64,000 nt of DNA. Source: a bacterium. GTDB lineage: Bacteria > SAR324 > JACQKK01. Positions 51,718 to 61,492 of this stretch are shown one piece after another (within the stretch, counting starts at the first letter, position 1; each line of letters starts with the position of its first letter). A model generated the notes under the pieces. That model was not told the origin of the DNA, did not search any database, and saw only the letters and a program-made list of their open reading frames with translations. Made by a program: the position numbers and the translations under genes. The stretch spans positions 93,709 to 157,708 of the forward strand of contig DATFMP010000054.1 of the NCBI GenBank assembly GCA_035266845.1. Direction: 5' to 3'.

Positions 51718-52896
51718 ATGTCGCGACCCCGCACCGTGCGGGTGCGACACCATAGGCGGGCCCGTGCCAGTCTGCTGGCCGTGGTGGCGTGCATGGTGGG
51801 CTGCTTGGCGGTTGCGCTGCTGGCACCGGGCACCTCGCTGGCGGAGGAGCAGCCGGGGGACTGGCTTCCCACCGCGTCCCTCCCAGGCACCGGCGGAAGG
51901 CTGGAGCTGACGCCCTTCCCGATCCTCTTCTACACGCCGGAGACGCGGGGAGCCTTCGGCGTGGGCGCCTGGGTGATCGCCCGCAAGGATGGCGAGCCCA
52001 CCAATGGGCTGCCCAACAACGTGTGGCTGAGCGCCGTGTATACCCAGGAGCAACAGACCATCCTGCAGGCCATTCCGGAACTGTACTTCGCCGACGGCGC
52101 CTATCGCCTGCAATTGCGGCTGCGCTATCTGAATTTTCCCACGCGCTTCTACGGCATCGGCAACGACACGCCGGACACGGCGGAGGAAGGTTACACGCCG
52201 GTCACCCATGCCGCGCGCGTCACCTTCACACGGCGGGTGGTGGAGGCGCTCAGCATGGGCGTGCGCGCGGACTACGACCACACGGAGATCGAGCGCGTGG
52301 AGGCCGGGGGGCTGCTCGCCACGGGCGCCGTGCCGGGCGCCACGGGCAGCCGGGTGGGCGGCCTTGGGCTCGTGCTGCGGCGCGATACGCGCGAGCAGCA
52401 CTTCAACCCGCACGACGGCAGCCTGCTGGAGTTGACCGCGTTGCGCTACCACGACCTGGACGGCGCACCCTTCCGCTACGACCGCAGCGACCTGGACTGG
52501 CGCTGGTACATCCCGCTCGGCATGCGGCAGGTGCTGGGCCTCCAGGCGCTGGCGCAGTCCATCGCGGGCGAGGCGCCGTTCTCAGCGCTGCCCCGGTTGG
52601 GGGGCAAGTTCCTCTTCCGGGGGCTCTTCGAGGGGCGCTATCGGGACAAGAACCTGCTGGTCGTCCAGGCGGAGGATCGCATTCACGTCTTCGGCCGCCT
52701 TGGCGCCACCGTGTTCGCGTCCTATGGCGACGTGGCGGAGCGGCCTCGCGCCTTCACCCTGCGCACGTTCAAGAGGGCCGGCGGCTTCGGCCTGCGCTAT
52801 GCCTACAACCGCCGCGAGCGTATCAATGTGCGGCTGGACGTGGCCTTTGCCCCCGGCTCGCACGGCATCTACTTCTCGGCGGGTGAGGCCTTCTGA
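51718..52896 (+). CDS. Omp85/surface-antigen-family outer-membrane beta-barrel protein (no POTRA)
   Basis: Signal peptide. Alternating amphipathic beta pattern. C-terminal ...GIYFSAGEAF aromatic terminus. An alternative start lies at 51694. Confidence 0.5.
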   Translation: MSRPRTVRVRHHRRARASLLAVVACMVGCLAVALLAPGTSLAEEQPGDWLPTASLPGTGGRLELTPFPILFYTPETRGAFGVGAWVIARKDGEPTNGLPNNVWLSAVYTQEQQTILQAIPELYFADGAYRLQLRLRYLNFPTRFYGIGNDTPDTAEEGYTPVTHAARVTFTRRVVEALSMGVRADYDHTEIERVEAGGLLATGAVPGATGSRVGGLGLVLRRDTREQHFNPHDGSLLELTALRYHDLDGAPFRYDRSDLDWRWYIPLGMRQVLGLQALAQSIAGEAPFSALPRLGGKFLFRGLFEGRYRDKNLLVVQAEDRIHVFGRLGATVFASYGDVAERPRAFTLRTFKRAGGFGLRYAYNRRERINVRLDVAFAPGSHGIYFSAGEAF

Positions 52897-53045
52897 GGCT
52901 GGGACTGTCAAGGCAGCCCGCCTCATGCCATGCGCCGGAAGCGATCGACTCCGCGCGCTTCGAGACGCGGCCTTTGGCCGCTCCTCAGCAACGCGGAGCG
53001 AGGGGGCTGACAGGTTCGCACTGCAACGCGGGAAGCGGCCTCGTG

Positions 53046-54101
53046 TCAGTCGCGCTGGAAGTCGATGCGGTCCTGCGTGCCGCCGAAGCGCTGCTCCATG
53101 ATGCGCGGCAGGGCAAGGAAGTCGTGCGGAAAGCCCAGCTCGATGCGGCTGACCTCATGCAGGCGCGCCAGGTGGGCGGGCTCCAGTTCGAACTCCAGGC
53201 AGCCCAGGTTGTCGCGGAGCTGCTTTTCCGTGCGGGCGCCGAGGATGGGGATCACCTGCCGCCCCTGCTGGCGCACCCAGGCCAGCGCCACCTGGGCGGA
53301 GCTGCGCCCGATCTCGCCCGCGATGGCCTGCACCTCCGCCGCGATGCGCAGGCCGCGCTCGCTGGTGCGCTCGGTACCCACGTTCAGCTTGGTGCGCAGC
53401 GTATCCGCGGGGGCGTTGGGGTCGGCCGCGGTGTGGTACTTGCCGGAGAGCACCCCGCCGGCGATGGCGCCCCAGGGCGTCACGGCCAGGCCGAAGGCCC
53501 GCGCCATGGGCAGCAGCTCACGCTCCGGGGTGCGCTCGATCAGGCTGTACTCGATCTGCAGACCCACGAACGGCGTCCAGCCGCGCAGGGCGGCCAGCGT
53601 GTTGGCCTGGGAGCAGACCCACGCCGGCGTATCGGAGATGCCCACGTAGAGCACCTTGCCCGCGCGCACCAAGTCGTCCAGCGTGCGCATCACCTCCTCC
53701 ACCGGCGTCGTGGCGTCCCACTGGTGCAGCCAGTAGAGGTCCACGTAGTCCGTCTTGAGCCGGCGCAGAGAGGCCTCCAGCGACTGCACGATGGCCTTGC
53801 GGTGGTTGCCGCCGGCATTGGGGTCGCCCTGGCGCATGTTGAGCGAGAACTTGGTGGCCAGCACGAACTGGTCGCGCTCGGCGCCCATGAAGTCGCCGCA
53901 CCAGGTCTCGCTGGTGCCGTTCGTATAGCGGTTCGCCGTATCCAGGAAGTTGCCGCCCGCCTCCACGTAGGCGCGGAACACGCGCTCGCTTTCCGCCTTG
54001 TCCGCGCCGAAGCCCGCCTCCTGGCCGAAAGTCAGCGTGCCGAGGCTCAGCTCGGAGACGCGCAGGCCGCTATTGCCGAACAGCTTGTACCGCATGGTCA
54101 T
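53046..54101 (-). CDS. aldo/keto reductase
   Basis: MTMRYKLFGNSGLRVSELSLGT... with AKR catalytic tetrad context (D..Y..K..H). Confidence 0.85.
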   Translation of the reverse strand: MTMRYKLFGNSGLRVSELSLGTLTFGQEAGFGADKAESERVFRAYVEAGGNFLDTANRYTNGTSETWCGDFMGAERDQFVLATKFSLNMRQGDPNAGGNHRKAIVQSLEASLRRLKTDYVDLYWLHQWDATTPVEEVMRTLDDLVRAGKVLYVGISDTPAWVCSQANTLAALRGWTPFVGLQIEYSLIERTPERELLPMARAFGLAVTPWGAIAGGVLSGKYHTAADPNAPADTLRTKLNVGTERTSERGLRIAAEVQAIAGEIGRSSAQVALAWVRQQGRQVIPILGARTEKQLRDNLGCLEFELEPAHLARLHEVSRIELGFPHDFLALPRIMEQRFGGTQDRIDFQRD

Positions 54102-54164
54102 GTCGCTTGGCTCCTGATGAAGCGTGTCGTGAGGCTGCCGTGGGGCAACCTGCTTCCGTGAGGT

Positions 54165-54941
54165 CTACTTGGCGGTCCAGCCGCCGTCCACCACCATGTG
54201 CGTGCCGGTCATGAGCCGGGAGGCGTCCGAGGCCAGATACACCACGGCGCCGGTGAGATCGGCCACCTGCCCCAGCCGGCCCAAGGGAATCTGCGCCAAC
54301 GTCTGTTCCCGGAAGGCGGGGTCCTCGAAGTAGGGCCGCGTGAGAGGCGTCTCGGTGAAGGTGGGGCAAAGCGTGTTCACGCGGATGCCGTGGGGCGCCA
54401 GATCCAACGCCATGGCCTTGGTCATGCCCTCCAGGGCGTGCTTGCTGGCGCAGTAGACGGTGCGGTTTATCGCGCCCACCAGGCCCATCTGCGAGGAGAC
54501 GTTGATGATCGAGCCACCCCGCCCCTGCGTGACCATGGTCTGCGCCGCGGCCTGGGCGCAGAAGAAAGCCGCGCGCACGTTCAGGTTCACGATGGCGTCG
54601 AAGTCCTCCTCGGTCACCTGCAGGAAGGGCGCGGGGCGGTTGGTGCCGGCGTTGTTCAGCAGCACGTCCACCGGCCCGCGATCGGCCAGCAGTGCAGTCA
54701 GCCCCGCGCGGTCCGCCACGTCCAGCGCCGCCCACTCGGCCGAGCCGCCCTCCGCCACGATGGCCTCGGCTGCCTGGCGCACCTCGTCCCCGTTGCGGGC
54801 CAGCAGGATCACGCGGGCGCCCGCACCGGCCAGCGCCCAGGCGGAGGCGAGCCCGATGCCGCGGCCGGCCCCGGCGACGAGCGCCGTCTTGCCATGCAGG
54901 TCGAAGTTGGGGGTGGCGCTCTGCAGTGCAGCGGAGGTCAT
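54165..54941 (-). CDS. SDR-family oxidoreductase
   Basis: GAGRGIGLA, NNAG, YCASKHAL. Confidence 0.8.
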   Translation of the reverse strand: MTSAALQSATPNFDLHGKTALVAGAGRGIGLASAWALAGAGARVILLARNGDEVRQAAEAIVAEGGSAEWAALDVADRAGLTALLADRGPVDVLLNNAGTNRPAPFLQVTEEDFDAIVNLNVRAAFFCAQAAAQTMVTQGRGGSIINVSSQMGLVGAINRTVYCASKHALEGMTKAMALDLAPHGIRVNTLCPTFTETPLTRPYFEDPAFREQTLAQIPLGRLGQVADLTGAVVYLASDASRLMTGTHMVVDGGWTAK

Positions 54942-55099
54942 GCCGTGCATCTCGTTGACGTGGTGTGGATCGGCACCCCGCGCAGCAGTCACCGGTTGTG
55001 CAGATTAGGCTGAGGTGCCCCGTCACCCTCGCCCAGGGCCGGGGTGCCTGTCCAGTCCCCCGCGGCCACGGCGGCCGGCGGGCCGGGGCTCCGGCGGGC

Positions 55100-57169
55100 T
55101 CAGCCATCGCCTGGCGTGCGCACCAGCGGCGGCTCCTCCAGTTGGCAGGGCGGCAGCAGCGCGGGATCGCCCGGCAAGTGCAGAGCCTCGCCCACGGCGC
55201 CGGGGCCGCTGGCCTGCCGATAGGCCGCGCGCAGGCGCTCCAGAATCGGCCCGTCCACCAGCGTGCCGAGGCGGCTCAGCTCAGGACGGGTCGCCAGGTC
55301 GATCAGCTGCAGCCGCACCAGGATGTGCGCGGCTTGACGCAGACAGTTCACGGCGTTGCCCGAGATCTGAAAACTCGTGCCAATGCCCGCGATGCGGTCG
55401 TACAGCCGGTTGTAGAGCTGTCCGCTCTCGCGATCGGCCGCCAGGCGCCTCCGGCCGCGCTCCCCCTCGTAGGGGTAGCCCTGAAAGTTCAGCTCCGGCA
55501 TGGCGTTCACCAGCCGGAGCAGCGCCGGATCGAAGGGCCGCGGCGGCGTGGGGTTGAGAGGATCCACATACTTGGCGTCGTAATCGGGTACAGTCTCCTT
55601 CGGGATCAGACGCGCCAGATCGCTGAATTGCAGGTGCAGCACCTCGCCGGGCCACGGCGGCGTCGCATGCTCATCCTGGGCACAGTAGCAGGGAGGCTCC
55701 CCCGGCCGTTCCGCGGAGGCGGGCAGGTGCAACCGCTCGCGCAGCTCGCGCACAAGCTGGTAGCGCCGTATGCCCATCATCACGTCCGTGGCCGCCAGGG
55801 CGCTGGTGTCGAAGATGTGGTCCAGAGCCGTGCGGGGGTCCGGCTCCGCAGCGGGGGCCTCCAGGGCGGTGGTATAGGCATCCACCAGGATCACCACCCG
55901 CAGCGCCGGTCGCTTTGGCAACGAGGAGTTCGCGGACGGGTCGGACCGGCCCTCGTGGTCGAACACCCGCTCCAGGGCGGTCAGCCCCAGGTTGTCGAAC
56001 ACCCCCGCGTCCATGAGGTGTACGTATTCCGCCGCGTCGCCGCGGTCCTCCGCCCGCGGGCGGTAGCGCCCCAACGTCGTGTAGTTGAACACACCCGGGA
56101 ACGCCGCCGAGGCCATCACCGCACGACCCAGCTCCATCTCGTCCAGGTTCGAGTGCAGACAGCCGAACATGTCGTCGGTGAAGGCGAAGTGCTTGGCGGC
56201 ATCGCGGGCGCGGGCATCGCCGGCGGGCTGCACGCCGCACCGGGCACCGTCCGGCGAGCCCGGCGTGCCCACCGGCCCCATTCCGCCGGGCCGCGGATGT
56301 GTGTTGTTGGTGGCGTTGATCAGCAGATAGGGACGCTGCGGGTTGAGGTCCTCGAAGCGCAGGCCCTGGTACCCGCCCACCGACTGATCGTAGAGATTGT
56401 CGGTCAGCACCTTGGCCATGATGTCGGTGCGGTCGAAGCTGGTGAACCAGTAACGCGGGAAGTTCCACGGCAGGAACCAGCTCCCGAACCACCGCCAAAG
56501 GTAGTTCCGCCCCATGCGATCGAACACCGCCGCCTCGCTCCAGGGCGGGCGGGGCTGCCCCCACAGGGGCGGCGACTCCACGGTGGGTGGACAGGCCCCT
56601 TCCGTCTCCAGCTTCGCGCTGTCGCAGCTCACGGCGTAGTAGGCGGACGCGAGCGAGCCACCGGATACGGACGACATCACGTCCACCTGCCGCAGCAGGT
56701 GCACGCGCTGCAGCTCGAACATCACGGCGGTGGAGAACACAGCGGCGCGACTGCCGCCGCCGGAGAGCGCCAGCCCGATCAGGTTGGCGTCCGGCCGCAC
56801 GGGCGCCGGGCCCGCGGTGACGCACAAACCGTCGCGCCAGGGCGTCGTGCGGGGCGGGGGGCGACCAGTGCCGGCGTCGAACACGGCCTGGCGCTCCACG
56901 ACCGTTCGATAGGCCTCCTCCGTGAAGGCTCGATAGCCTGCCGGATCGGCGGCCGGGCTGAAGGCCGCACGGCAGTCGGCATCGAGCCACCAGGGCACCC
57001 GAAAGTCCGCCATGTACGCCGACGAGGCCACCACGCGCGGATCGAGCTGGCCGACCTTGCGGTGCTGATAGTCCCTGCGCTCAGGATCGTTCCAGTGGCT
57101 CCACAGGCTGCAGGCAGACGTGCCGGCCAGTGCCAGCACGCACGCCGCGACGACGCAGAGGCGGGTCAT
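55100..57169 (-). CDS. patatin-like phospholipase, lipoprotein/exported (689 aa)
   Basis: Signal peptide plus Cys. GLALSGGGSRAAVF oxyanion motif. Ser motif VSGGSLA (GxSxA). Asp motif MDAGVFDNLG. Confidence 0.7.
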   Translation of the reverse strand: MTRLCVVAACVLALAGTSACSLWSHWNDPERRDYQHRKVGQLDPRVVASSAYMADFRVPWWLDADCRAAFSPAADPAGYRAFTEEAYRTVVERQAVFDAGTGRPPPRTTPWRDGLCVTAGPAPVRPDANLIGLALSGGGSRAAVFSTAVMFELQRVHLLRQVDVMSSVSGGSLASAYYAVSCDSAKLETEGACPPTVESPPLWGQPRPPWSEAAVFDRMGRNYLWRWFGSWFLPWNFPRYWFTSFDRTDIMAKVLTDNLYDQSVGGYQGLRFEDLNPQRPYLLINATNNTHPRPGGMGPVGTPGSPDGARCGVQPAGDARARDAAKHFAFTDDMFGCLHSNLDEMELGRAVMASAAFPGVFNYTTLGRYRPRAEDRGDAAEYVHLMDAGVFDNLGLTALERVFDHEGRSDPSANSSLPKRPALRVVILVDAYTTALEAPAAEPDPRTALDHIFDTSALAATDVMMGIRRYQLVRELRERLHLPASAERPGEPPCYCAQDEHATPPWPGEVLHLQFSDLARLIPKETVPDYDAKYVDPLNPTPPRPFDPALLRLVNAMPELNFQGYPYEGERGRRRLAADRESGQLYNRLYDRIAGIGTSFQISGNAVNCLRQAAHILVRLQLIDLATRPELSRLGTLVDGPILERLRAAYRQASGPGAVGEALHLPGDPALLPPCQLEEPPLVRTPGDG

Positions 57170-57334
57170 GGCAGTTCCCCCTTTTGGGCGCCCGGCGGGC
57201 CGCGAGCCACGCCGTCACGGCCGCGGGCGCAGGTGCTGACCCAGCATCGGGCAAACCCGGGCGGGGGTCAACGGGCCCAGGAAGCCCCGCGCGGCAAGGC
57301 ACGCGGCTGGTCAGCGCCGCCAGGTTCTGCTTGG

Positions 57335-57520
57335 GAGTGGGTCGTCAAGCGGCTGGGCCGCTTGAAAAGCACAAGAAATCCAATGCGGGGGCCAAGGGCC
57401 CCCACACCCCCAATACAGACCCAGACCAGGGCCGACGCGATCTCGCCCACAAATAGGGTCCAGGGAGTTCCACTCCCTGGTGGGGGTATGGGGGCAGAGC
57501 CCCTATGGCTGAAGTGCTTT
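57335..57520 (+). repeat. ~185-bp multi-hairpin intergenic repeat, copy C (best preserved)
   Basis: Hairpins CAAGCGGC-tggg-CCGCTTG; GGGGGCC-aag-GGCCCCC; CAGGGAG-ttcca-CTCCCTG; GGGGGCA-gag-CCCC. Confidence 0.75.
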
Positions 57521-57532
57521 CCTGCACACAAC

Positions 57533-58594
57533 CTAGCGCACGAGACCGCGGGCCCGCACGCGCCAGGTCAGTTCGACCTCGCCGCCGCGCACGCCCAGCA
57601 ATTCGTTGTGCAGGTTGGCCACCGTGCAGCAGTGGTTGGGGATCACCGTCACGCGCTCGCCCACCACGGGCTTGCGGACGCAGGCGCTCACGTCCACGTT
57701 GGCGTGTTCCTCGGAGTAGCCATAGATGACCGCCTCCGGATACTCGACGACCGTGCCGTATGTGGCGTCGCGCCAGAGCAGGCGGTCGGCGCTGAGGGTC
57801 TTCGAGCCGCCGTCCAGGATGGCGCGCTCGGCGGTGGGCCGGCTGACGACGGTCATCAGCACGCGCATGGCGCACTCGTCCAGCGTGGCCGTGCCCGCGG
57901 CAAGCGTGTTGCTGTCGTTGAAGACGTAGGTGCCCGCACGATGCTCCGTGATCTGCGGAATCTCGTGCACTCGCCAGGTCTGCGGCGTGCCACCGCCGCT
58001 CACGGTCTCCGCCTCCAGCCCGGCGGCGCCCAGCAAGGCCACGGCCTCGGCCAGGAAGGGCGGCGTGGTCTCTAGGTTCGTGGGAAAGGTCATCAGCCCC
58101 GCGAAGCGCACGCCGGGTATCCGGTCGATCTCCTGCGCCAGCACGAGGGCCTGGGCGGGCGTCTGCACGCCCGTGCGGCCCGCGCCCGTGTCGCACTCGA
58201 TCAGCAGCGGCACCTCCAATCCCGCCGCTGCGGCGGCCTCGCTGATGCCCTGGGCCACCGGGGCGGAGTCCACCGCCACGCTGACCCGACAGCGCCGCGC
58301 CAACGCCGTCAGGCGGGCCAGCTTGGCCGGGCCGATCAGGTTATACGGGATGAAGATGTCGTCGAAGCCCGCATCCGCGAAGACCTCCGCCTCTCCCAGC
58401 TTCTGGCAGGTAATGCCCTGGGCCCCCGCCTCCAGTTGCAGGCGGCCGATCTCAGGGGTCTTGTGCGTCTTGATGTGCGGCCGGAAGCGCAGGCCGTGCG
58501 CATCGCAGTAGGCCTGCATCTTGCGGATGTTCGCCGCCATGATGTCGAGGTCCACCGTGACGATGGGCGTTTCCAGATCCTCCACGCGGGGCAT
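57533..58594 (-). CDS. alanine-racemase-fold PLP enzyme (DSD1 / D-threonine aldolase / D-serine dehydratase-like family)
   Basis: FRPHIKTHK PLP-lysine motif. 353 aa. Immediately downstream of the predicted selenoprotein. Confidence 0.7.
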   Translation of the reverse strand: MPRVEDLETPIVTVDLDIMAANIRKMQAYCDAHGLRFRPHIKTHKTPEIGRLQLEAGAQGITCQKLGEAEVFADAGFDDIFIPYNLIGPAKLARLTALARRCRVSVAVDSAPVAQGISEAAAAAGLEVPLLIECDTGAGRTGVQTPAQALVLAQEIDRIPGVRFAGLMTFPTNLETTPPFLAEAVALLGAAGLEAETVSGGGTPQTWRVHEIPQITEHRAGTYVFNDSNTLAAGTATLDECAMRVLMTVVSRPTAERAILDGGSKTLSADRLLWRDATYGTVVEYPEAVIYGYSEEHANVDVSACVRKPVVGERVTVIPNHCCTVANLHNELLGVRGGEVELTWRVRARGLVR

Positions 58595-58708
58595 GGCCTC
58601 GGCTCCGATGCGGGCACGCGGGCGCGCCCCGGGTTGGCTGCAATGTGCGAGACAACAGCCCCGGTGTAGCGGGCCGGCGGGGGGCGGGTCAACGGCCGGC
58701 GGCGCCGG

Positions 58709-59557
58709 TCAGGCCCCCTCGCTGAAGCGGTGCGGCAGCTCCACCACAGTACCCGGCTCGCGGACGGTGCGCAGCAGATCCAGCGCTGCCGCCACCACCT
58801 CCCGCTGCAGATCTGCCGCGCCGGGTGGCCCGCAGGTGGCGCCGCGCGGGAAGCGGGCCACCGCCGCGCGTGGATAGCATACGCGCCGCACGCGGTCGGC
58901 CATGGTGGCCAGCGCCACGGTGGGGATGCCCGCCGCTTCCACCACTCGCTGGATCAGTCCGCCGGACTGATGGCAGACCGGTCACACAGGCACGTGCAGC
59001 AGCACATCCACGCGGTCCTGGCGCAAGCGCTGCACGATCTGCGGCGCGCTGCGCTCCACGATGTGGTCAGGGCGCGTACAGTAGCCCGAGATGCTGTAGT
59101 GCCTGGAAGCCACCTCGCCAATGACACCTGCCGTCGCCAGCTCGCGCAGCCGCGCGTGGGGATAGACGCAGTTGCGGTCCGTCTCGGCACGCGTGTGGTC
59201 GTAGTGGTCGTGCGCAATGGCCAGCGCCTCCGGCGCCACGCCTTCCGGAAGCTCGCGGAAGCTCCAGTCGCCCTCGATGTCCTCGGCGCGGAACGGCGGC
59301 TGCTCGCCCGGCACATAGAGCCCGGCGGTGCTGAGCAGGGCGACGCGGCACTCGGCCAGCGGCTTGGCCTGCGGTGCCCAAGGGCTCTCCGTGTTCACGG
59401 CAAAGGGATAGGTCTTGAAGGACGCACCCCAGTCCTTGGCCTCCAGCAGGGGCCGCGTGGCCTCGAGCCACGCCGGATAGCGGGAGCGGAACGTCTCCAC
59501 GTCCATAATGTGCACGGCTGCCTCCGGGTCGGACATTGATGGTGGGGGCCACGCCAC
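58709..59557 (-). CDS. predicted selenoprotein, glycine/betaine/sarcosine/D-proline reductase selenoprotein-B-like (GrdB/PrdB family); in-frame TGA (Sec) at 58984..58982
   Basis: Two same-frame ORFs (58982..59557 and 58709..58945) are separated only by TGA. Read-through gives ...LLHVPV-U-PVCHQSGG.... The second ORF has no RBS of its own. A SECIS-like hairpin lies 10 nt downstream. Confidence 0.6.
58953..58971 (-). promoter_or_regulatory. SECIS-like stem-loop (AUCAGUCC-GGC-GGACUGAU) beginning 10 nt 3' of the in-frame UGA
   Basis: Perfect 8-bp stem with a G-rich apical loop ~18 nt from the UGA. This is consistent with the bacterial SECIS geometry described in the literature. Confidence 0.5.
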
Positions 59558-59609
59558 GGCTACGGACGCATCACCCCTCTGCCCGACTGTATCGAACTTG
59601 ACCGATCGG

Positions 59610-61346
59610 TCAACCCTTGGAAGACGCGCGCAGGGCGGGGTCTTCCAGGCGGGCGCGGATGCGGGCGAGCTGCATGAAGCGCACGTCCGGAGGCACGGCG
59701 TGGCGGTCCAGCATGTACGATGTGATCTCGGCGGCCGCCTCCAGCTCCGCGGGCACCACCTTGTTGGCGCCGGCCGTGAGCAGGCCCCGGATATCGCCCA
59801 CGTAGCGCGAGCGGATCACGATGTGCAGATCAGGCGCAATGCGTCGCGCGGCACCGATGGCGCGCAGTGCAGCGCCGGGGTCGTTGATGGCCAGCACCAA
59901 CTCGCGGGCGTGGGGCGCCCCCACAGCCTCCAGCACCTCGGGACTGGTGACGTCGCCGAAGCAGGCCGGCTCGCCGTTGCGGGCAGCGCGGCGCACGTTC
60001 TCCGCGTTGAGATCGACCAGGATGTAGGCGATGCCGGCCTCGCGCAGGGAGTGGGCCAGTTCCAGGCCGACCACCCCCAGGCCCGCCACGATGACGTGAT
60101 CCTGCAAGCCCGCGAACTGCTCGGCGGTCTCCCCCGCCTCGCGCACGCCCAGGTATTGCGTCAGCACGCGGATGCGGCCCGCGCCCGCCGCGATGTGCGG
60201 CCCGGCTGCCAGCGCCAGGGGCGCGATGATCATGGAGAAGATGGCGGCGGCGGAAAGGTTGGCAGCCAGGGCGGCGCCGCCCCAGTGCGCATCCACGATG
60301 CCCGCGCTCTGGCCCGCGCGCAGCAGCACGAAGTAGAACTCGCCCACCTGCGCCAGCCCCGCCGCGGAGAGGATGGACACCCGCGCCGGCAGGCGCATGG
60401 AAAGGCCAGTGAGCAGCACCACCAGGAACTTGCCGGCGATGATGGCCACCAGCAGGCCCACGATGGGCAGGGGATGATCCAACAGCGCGCTGGCATCCAG
60501 CAGCATGCCCACCGAGACGAAGAACACGCTGGTGAGCACCTCGCGGAACGGGAACAGATCCGCCAGGGCCTGGTGCCGGTATTCGCTGCCGGCCACCACC
60601 AGGCCCGCCATGAACGCGCCCAGGGCCAGCGAGATGCCCGCGCTGGAGACGATCCAGGCCGTGCCCAGGCAGACCAGGAACGTGGAGAGCATGAACAGGT
60701 TGCGCTGGCGCGTGCGGGCCACGAGGTGCAGCGCCCGCGGCACGATGATCCGCGCGGCGATGAGCACCCCCGCCAACACCCCCACGGCCTTGCCCAGCGT
60801 CAGCAGCACGTGCATGGCCGAGGTGCCCGTACCGGCCAGGATCGGGATCGCCAGCATCATGGGCACCACGCTGAGGTCCTGAAATACCAGGATGCCCAGC
60901 GTGAGGCGGCCATGGGGCGCTTCCAGTTCACCCCGATCGTTCAGCGCGCGCAGCACAATGGCCGTGCTGGATACGGCCACCAGAAAGCCCAGGAAGATGG
61001 CGCTGGCGGGCGCCATGCCGAAGATGATGGCGAGCACCATGCAGACCAGGATGCTGAGGCCCATCTGCAAGGTGCCGCCAATCAGGATCGGCTGCCAGAG
61101 CCGCCGAACGCGGTCCAGCGAAAGCTCCAGGCCAATGCCGAACAGCAGCAGCACCACGCCCACTTCGGCCAGGATTTCCACGTCGTGCAGATCGCGGATG
61201 AGCCCAGAGCCGTGCGGGCCCACCAGGATGCCGGCGACGATGAACCCCGCGATGGACGGGATGCCGACCTTCTGCAGCACGGCGACCACGACCACGGCCA
61301 CCGCGAAGATCACAACCAGGTCGCGCAGGAAGGCGAGTTCACCCAT
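59610..61346 (-). CDS. Kef-type K+/H+ antiporter (CPA2) with C-terminal TrkA-N/KTN domain
   Basis: 12-13 TM. VIVAGLGVVGLELA Rossmann motif in the C-terminal domain. Confidence 0.85.
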   Translation of the reverse strand: MGELAFLRDLVVIFAVAVVVVAVLQKVGIPSIAGFIVAGILVGPHGSGLIRDLHDVEILAEVGVVLLLFGIGLELSLDRVRRLWQPILIGGTLQMGLSILVCMVLAIIFGMAPASAIFLGFLVAVSSTAIVLRALNDRGELEAPHGRLTLGILVFQDLSVVPMMLAIPILAGTGTSAMHVLLTLGKAVGVLAGVLIAARIIVPRALHLVARTRQRNLFMLSTFLVCLGTAWIVSSAGISLALGAFMAGLVVAGSEYRHQALADLFPFREVLTSVFFVSVGMLLDASALLDHPLPIVGLLVAIIAGKFLVVLLTGLSMRLPARVSILSAAGLAQVGEFYFVLLRAGQSAGIVDAHWGGAALAANLSAAAIFSMIIAPLALAAGPHIAAGAGRIRVLTQYLGVREAGETAEQFAGLQDHVIVAGLGVVGLELAHSLREAGIAYILVDLNAENVRRAARNGEPACFGDVTSPEVLEAVGAPHARELVLAINDPGAALRAIGAARRIAPDLHIVIRSRYVGDIRGLLTAGANKVVPAELEAAAEITSYMLDRHAVPPDVRFMQLARIRARLEDPALRASSKG

Positions 61347-61492
61347 GTGTCGGAATCACCGGCATACGCTGCGGGTTGCGGGGAGCGACGGGATGGATTG
61401 GGCGCCCGTCACGCTGCACTGTCGGGAATCATCGCCGCCCACCATACGGCAGGCACGCACGGCGCACAAGACCGTCCCCCGCGCCGTTGCGG

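Noticed and set aside
54965-58075. Very long plus-strand ORF (1036 aa), plus similar long ORFs antisense to real genes (e.g. 14530..16404, 42685..44535, 24856..27000, 35274..36401, 1163..1975 extension)
   Set aside because: Their translations are R/G/H/A/P/Q-rich with no motifs, and they lie antisense to well-supported genes. These are typical shadow ORFs of a high-GC genome.
58982-58984. The TGA in the GrdB-like gene could be a genuine stop, pseudogene or sequencing error
   Set aside because: Not fully rejected. The same-frame continuation, absence of an independent start for the downstream ORF, the U-x-x-C context and the perfect hairpin 10 nt downstream make selenocysteine recoding more likely. 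It is retained as the alternative hypothesis.
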